The notes below the pieces were generated by a model. It saw nothing but the letters and a program-made list of their open reading frames with translations, did no database searches and had not been told where the DNA came from. DNA of 33,239 nt, taken from NCBI GenBank assembly GCA_031285625.1, contig JAITVV010000055.1:1-33239 (forward strand). Direction: 5' to 3'. How positions within the stretch are numbered: position 1 is the first letter of the stretch; the number at the start of each line of letters is the position of its first letter. This stretch comes from Prevotella sp. (GTDB taxonomy: Bacteria > Bacteroidota > Bacteroidia > Bacteroidales > Dysgonomonadaceae). This document shows, one piece after another, positions 30,326 to 33,239 of this stretch. A program made the position numbers and the translations under genes.

Positions 30326-30733
30326 ATGAAACAAAGGAAGGAATTAGATTTCAAAGGACAAAATATCTATGTGGGGATAGATGTTCATTTGAAGAGTTGG
30401 TCGGTAACAGTTTTGTCAGAGACCTCGGTAATGAAGAAGTTTAGTCAAAGTCCTGAGCCGGAAGCATTGTATAAGTTTTTAATAACGAATTACCCGGGAG
30501 CGGATTATCACTCGGTATATGAGGCTGGATTTTGCGGGTTCTGGATACATGAAAGACTGACAGGATTGGGGATTAACAATATCGTAGTGAATCCGGCTGA
30601 TGTGCCGACCAAGAGCAGTGAAAAGTTGCGAAAGACCGATTCCATAGACAGTGGTAAACTGGCGCGAAGCCTGCGGGCTAAAGAACTGAAAGGGATTTAT
30701 ACGCCGGACGGTATATCATTGGAAATGCGCTCT
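30326..30733 (+). pseudogene. Outer IS110 transposase, N-terminal RuvC/DEDD part
   Basis: GIDVH, YEAG, VNPAD, KTDSIDS; breaks at EMRS. Confidence 0.9.
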
Positions 30734-30823
30734 ACTATATAACTTAAATTGAGTATTCATTGTTTATTCTTTTGTAATATATTGTAATACAAGCTCTTTT
30801 ATGTATTGGCTTAAAAATTCAAA

Positions 30824-32191
30824 TTAAGTGATCTCAGTTTTAAGTCTTTTGAGCAGTTCTTCCAGATGGGCAATCTTCTTTCGCTGTACGATAGATTTAT
30901 ATTCGAGATTGTCCAATGGTTTGTACTGCTTACCGGAAGAGACCATTTCATAGTAGATGATGGCCAGTTTACGGGCTGATGCTACGATGGCGTACTTTTG
31001 TCCACCCTTTGCTTTCATTCGTCTGAAATAATCTCCGATCCACGATTTTGACCTGCACATGGTGTTGGCCGCAGTCCTGAAAGCTACTGCTGCTGCATTG
31101 GGTTTCTTTTTGAGCACTTGTGAGCTAATGAGCTAATGAGCTAATGAGCTTACCACCTGAAATTTTGTTGTTTGGGCAAAGGTTCAGCCAGGAAACGAAA
31201 TGGTTTCGCGAAGGCCATTTCGAGAGGTCGGTACCGGTTTCCGAGACTATTTCCAGCGCGGCGATCTCGCTTATTCCCGGAATGTCGATCACATCTACTC
31301 CAAGAATGGCATGGAGGTACTTTCTTATGTCCGCTTTAGGTTGCTTCCGTTTTTTTGCTTTTTTTTTACAGGGTCGACCGGTACGATTTCATGCAATGCC
31401 ATCTTCTTTTGGAAGGCATCCAAGACTCGTTCGATCTGCTGATCGTATAACTCTTTCTGGGATTGCAGGTGCAGATAGGTGTCGTAAGACTGCTTGAGTA
31501 CGAACAGGTATTCTTCTCGCCAGTTGGCCTGTAAGGATTTCCTGAGAGTGTCGCGATCTGCTTTGATTCTGTCTCCGACCAGCAGCAATAATTTCTCCGG
31601 ATCTCTTTCACCGTTTATGATAGCCGAAAGGATCGCCGATCCGGTCTTCCCGGTAATGTCGCTGATGACGGCATGCAGTTTGATGTTCATCAACTCCAGA
31701 GCTTTTTGCATACGCTGGATATAGCGTGTGGAGTCTTGGGTAATGGCCCTGCGTTGGCGCACCAGCGTCCGCAGGGTCTGGGTCGCATCATCGGGCAGGA
31801 AGGCTGAAGCGAGGAATCCGCAACTGTGCAATTGCTGTATCCACTGCGCATCGGACATGTCGGTCTTGCGGCCGGTCACGTTTTTGGTGTGTCGGGAATT
31901 AGCCAGACAGACGCGGAATCCCTGCTCGATGAGAACCGCATACAGATTCTTCCAATACACTCCGGTACACTCCATCGCGACCGAGTCCACATGACACCGC
32001 TTGAGCCATCGGGCAATGGATAATAAATCTTCGGTAAACGCCCCGAATTCCCGAACTGGCTGATTGTCTCGGTCCTGCGGAACAGCTACGGTGATGAGTA
32101 GATCGCCAATATCTATTCCCGCGGCATTCGGATTGACAACAGGGAAAGCCATGCTGTCCGTTTGGTTAGTCGGTTTTGTTTTATTAGCCAT
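30824..32191 (-). pseudogene. Inner IS110 transposase with two frame disruptions (about 450 aa when repaired)
   Basis: GIDIG, MECTG, KTDMSDA; shifted frame IPGISE...SWLNLCPNNKISGG; C-terminus AIVASARKLA. Confidence 0.88.
31121..31150. repeat. 8-bp tandem repeat (TGAGCTAA)x3.75
   Basis: TGAGCTAATGAGCTAATGAGCTAATGAGCT. Confidence 0.95.
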
Positions 32192-32199
32192 GACAAACT

Positions 32200-32360
32200 G
32201 TTTTAAGGGTAAATAAAAAACATCTTGCTGGCGGCATTGCCAAAGCATACTCTACTATACGAACTCGTGGTTCAATCTAAAACTCATCAATACCACCGGC
32301 CATGCTTTGACAAGGGCTCGGGCCCAGTGAGCGATAGACCTTGATACAAAATGTCCTCTA
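32200..32360 (-). ncRNA. Candidate bridge RNA of inner IS110 (ends approximate)
   Basis: Segments match own target (9/10) and donor junction (8/8) in the LTG-RTG-LDG-RDG order. Confidence 0.65.
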
Positions 32361-32412
32361 CAAGGTACAAAAGTTATTTTAGACAAAACATAAACGGGTT
32401 TATTAGGATGCT

Positions 32413-33081
32413 TTGATAAGATTGAAGAACTCGATAACGAAAGAGATGACCCGGCAGAAGAACCGCATTAAGTCACAGCTACGCTATCTGGGTATAGAGA
32501 TCCCTGTAGAGTATCTGGAGCCGTACTCTAACTGGTCAAAGCGTTTCATCGTTTGGTTGAAGCAGGTACAGACGCTTACATCTGTCGGCCGTCAGTCTCT
32601 TGACATTCAGATCAGGCATCTGGAGGAGTTACGCAGGCAGAAGCTGGATATGATGCGAGCTTTGCGGGAATTGGCTCGGACGGAACAGTTCCGCGAACCA
32701 CTACGGTTGATCATGACAGTTCCGGGTATTGGTCAGTCTACAGGGATGGTGTTTCTCTCTGAGATATGCGACATATCCCGTTTCAGGAACGCCGAGCAGT
32801 TAGCAGCATATATAGGCATGATACCGATGTGTCATTCAAGCGGAGAAAAAGATGGGATCGGAGATATTACCGTGCGCAGACACGCTGCCATGCGCTGTAA
32901 TCTGATTGAGGCTGCATGGGTGGCGATCCGGCAAGACCCTGCAATGAATCTGATCTATACGCAGAACTGTAAAAGGATGGCTCCAAGCAAAGCTATCGTA
33001 AAGGTGGCGCGTAAACTGGTCAATAGATTGTTTTTCGTGTTGAAACACAAAATAGAATATGTCAATGGGGTTGCCTCATAG
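32413..33081 (+). pseudogene. Outer IS110 transposase, C-terminal part
   Basis: TVPGIG, AYIGMIP, HSSG, LIEAAW, VARKL; in frame with 30326-30733. Confidence 0.9.
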
Positions 33082-33098
33082 AGAAAGCATCCTTCAGG

Positions 33099-33239
33099 TA
33101 AACAGATTTTCCGAGAGAGAATACTACATAAGGTTTGCGGCTTTGAAGTCCGCTTAAAAAAGTTTGCTCCTCTCGCCTTTGTAAACTAATACAGGAACTT
33201 GCGGCAGTAAATATCTGACCGCTGTGGAAAGTCTGTTTA
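33099..33239 (+). ncRNA. Candidate bridge/seek RNA in 3' non-coding end of outer IS110
   Basis: 14-bp closing stem enclosing three hairpins; AGGAACTT complementary to the left junction. Confidence 0.55.

Larger units (their letters stand above)
30734..32412 (-). mobile_element. Inner IS110-family element, inverted, flanked by duplicated CT core
   Basis: CT at 30732-30733 and 32411-32412; removal restores CGC TCT TTG ATA AGA in frame; no terminal IRs; coding part visibly GC-richer than host. Confidence 0.9.
30213..33239 (+). mobile_element. Outer IS110-family element (long 3' non-coding end; right end outside window)
   Basis: Starts where the receptor frame breaks (left boundary uncertain by a few nt); split DEDD transposase; structured 3' region. 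Confidence 0.85.

Noticed and set aside
31121-31150. Tandem repeat as CRISPR or iteron array
   Set aside because: 8-bp units with no spacers, inside a transposase; no cas or rep genes in the window
31144-32023. Plus-strand ORFs inside the inner IS
   Set aside because: Antisense shadows of the GC-richer transposase, with no motifs
32339-32346. UAUCAAGG as alternative target guide of the inner IS
   Set aside because: 7/8 match, but weaker than the 9/10 core-exact match at 32305-32314; not fully excluded
32360-32400. Promoter for the inner IS RNA
   Set aside because: Only near-matches to TAnnTTTG; cannot be placed reliably

Overview
AT-rich Bacteroidales-type chromosomal segment (Dysgonomonas-like by protein style and TAnnTTTG promoters; taxonomy is inference). 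In order: hexokinase; a TPR gene broken by one in-frame TAA; nadA-nadB-nadC plus an AlkZ/HTH_42 glycosylase; DUF3667, beta-barrel and PCMD lipoprotein genes; a TetR-headed minus-strand cluster (NifX-like small protein, phospholipase A, SxxC thioredoxin-like, FabH-like, stand-alone LpxC, DUF6132-like, DUF2582-like wHTH) with two copies of a 16-bp operator; a porin-nrfH-nrfA-ResB-ccsA nitrite ammonification operon; a Spy-like/TolC/MacAB-like efflux operon with a LytS/LytTR pair; and a TonB-dependent receptor cut by an IS110-family element that itself carries a second, inverted IS110 inserted at a duplicated CT core. Best leads: the nested IS110s with readable bridge-RNA-like guides, and the TetR-pldA-fabH-lpxC envelope-lipid module.
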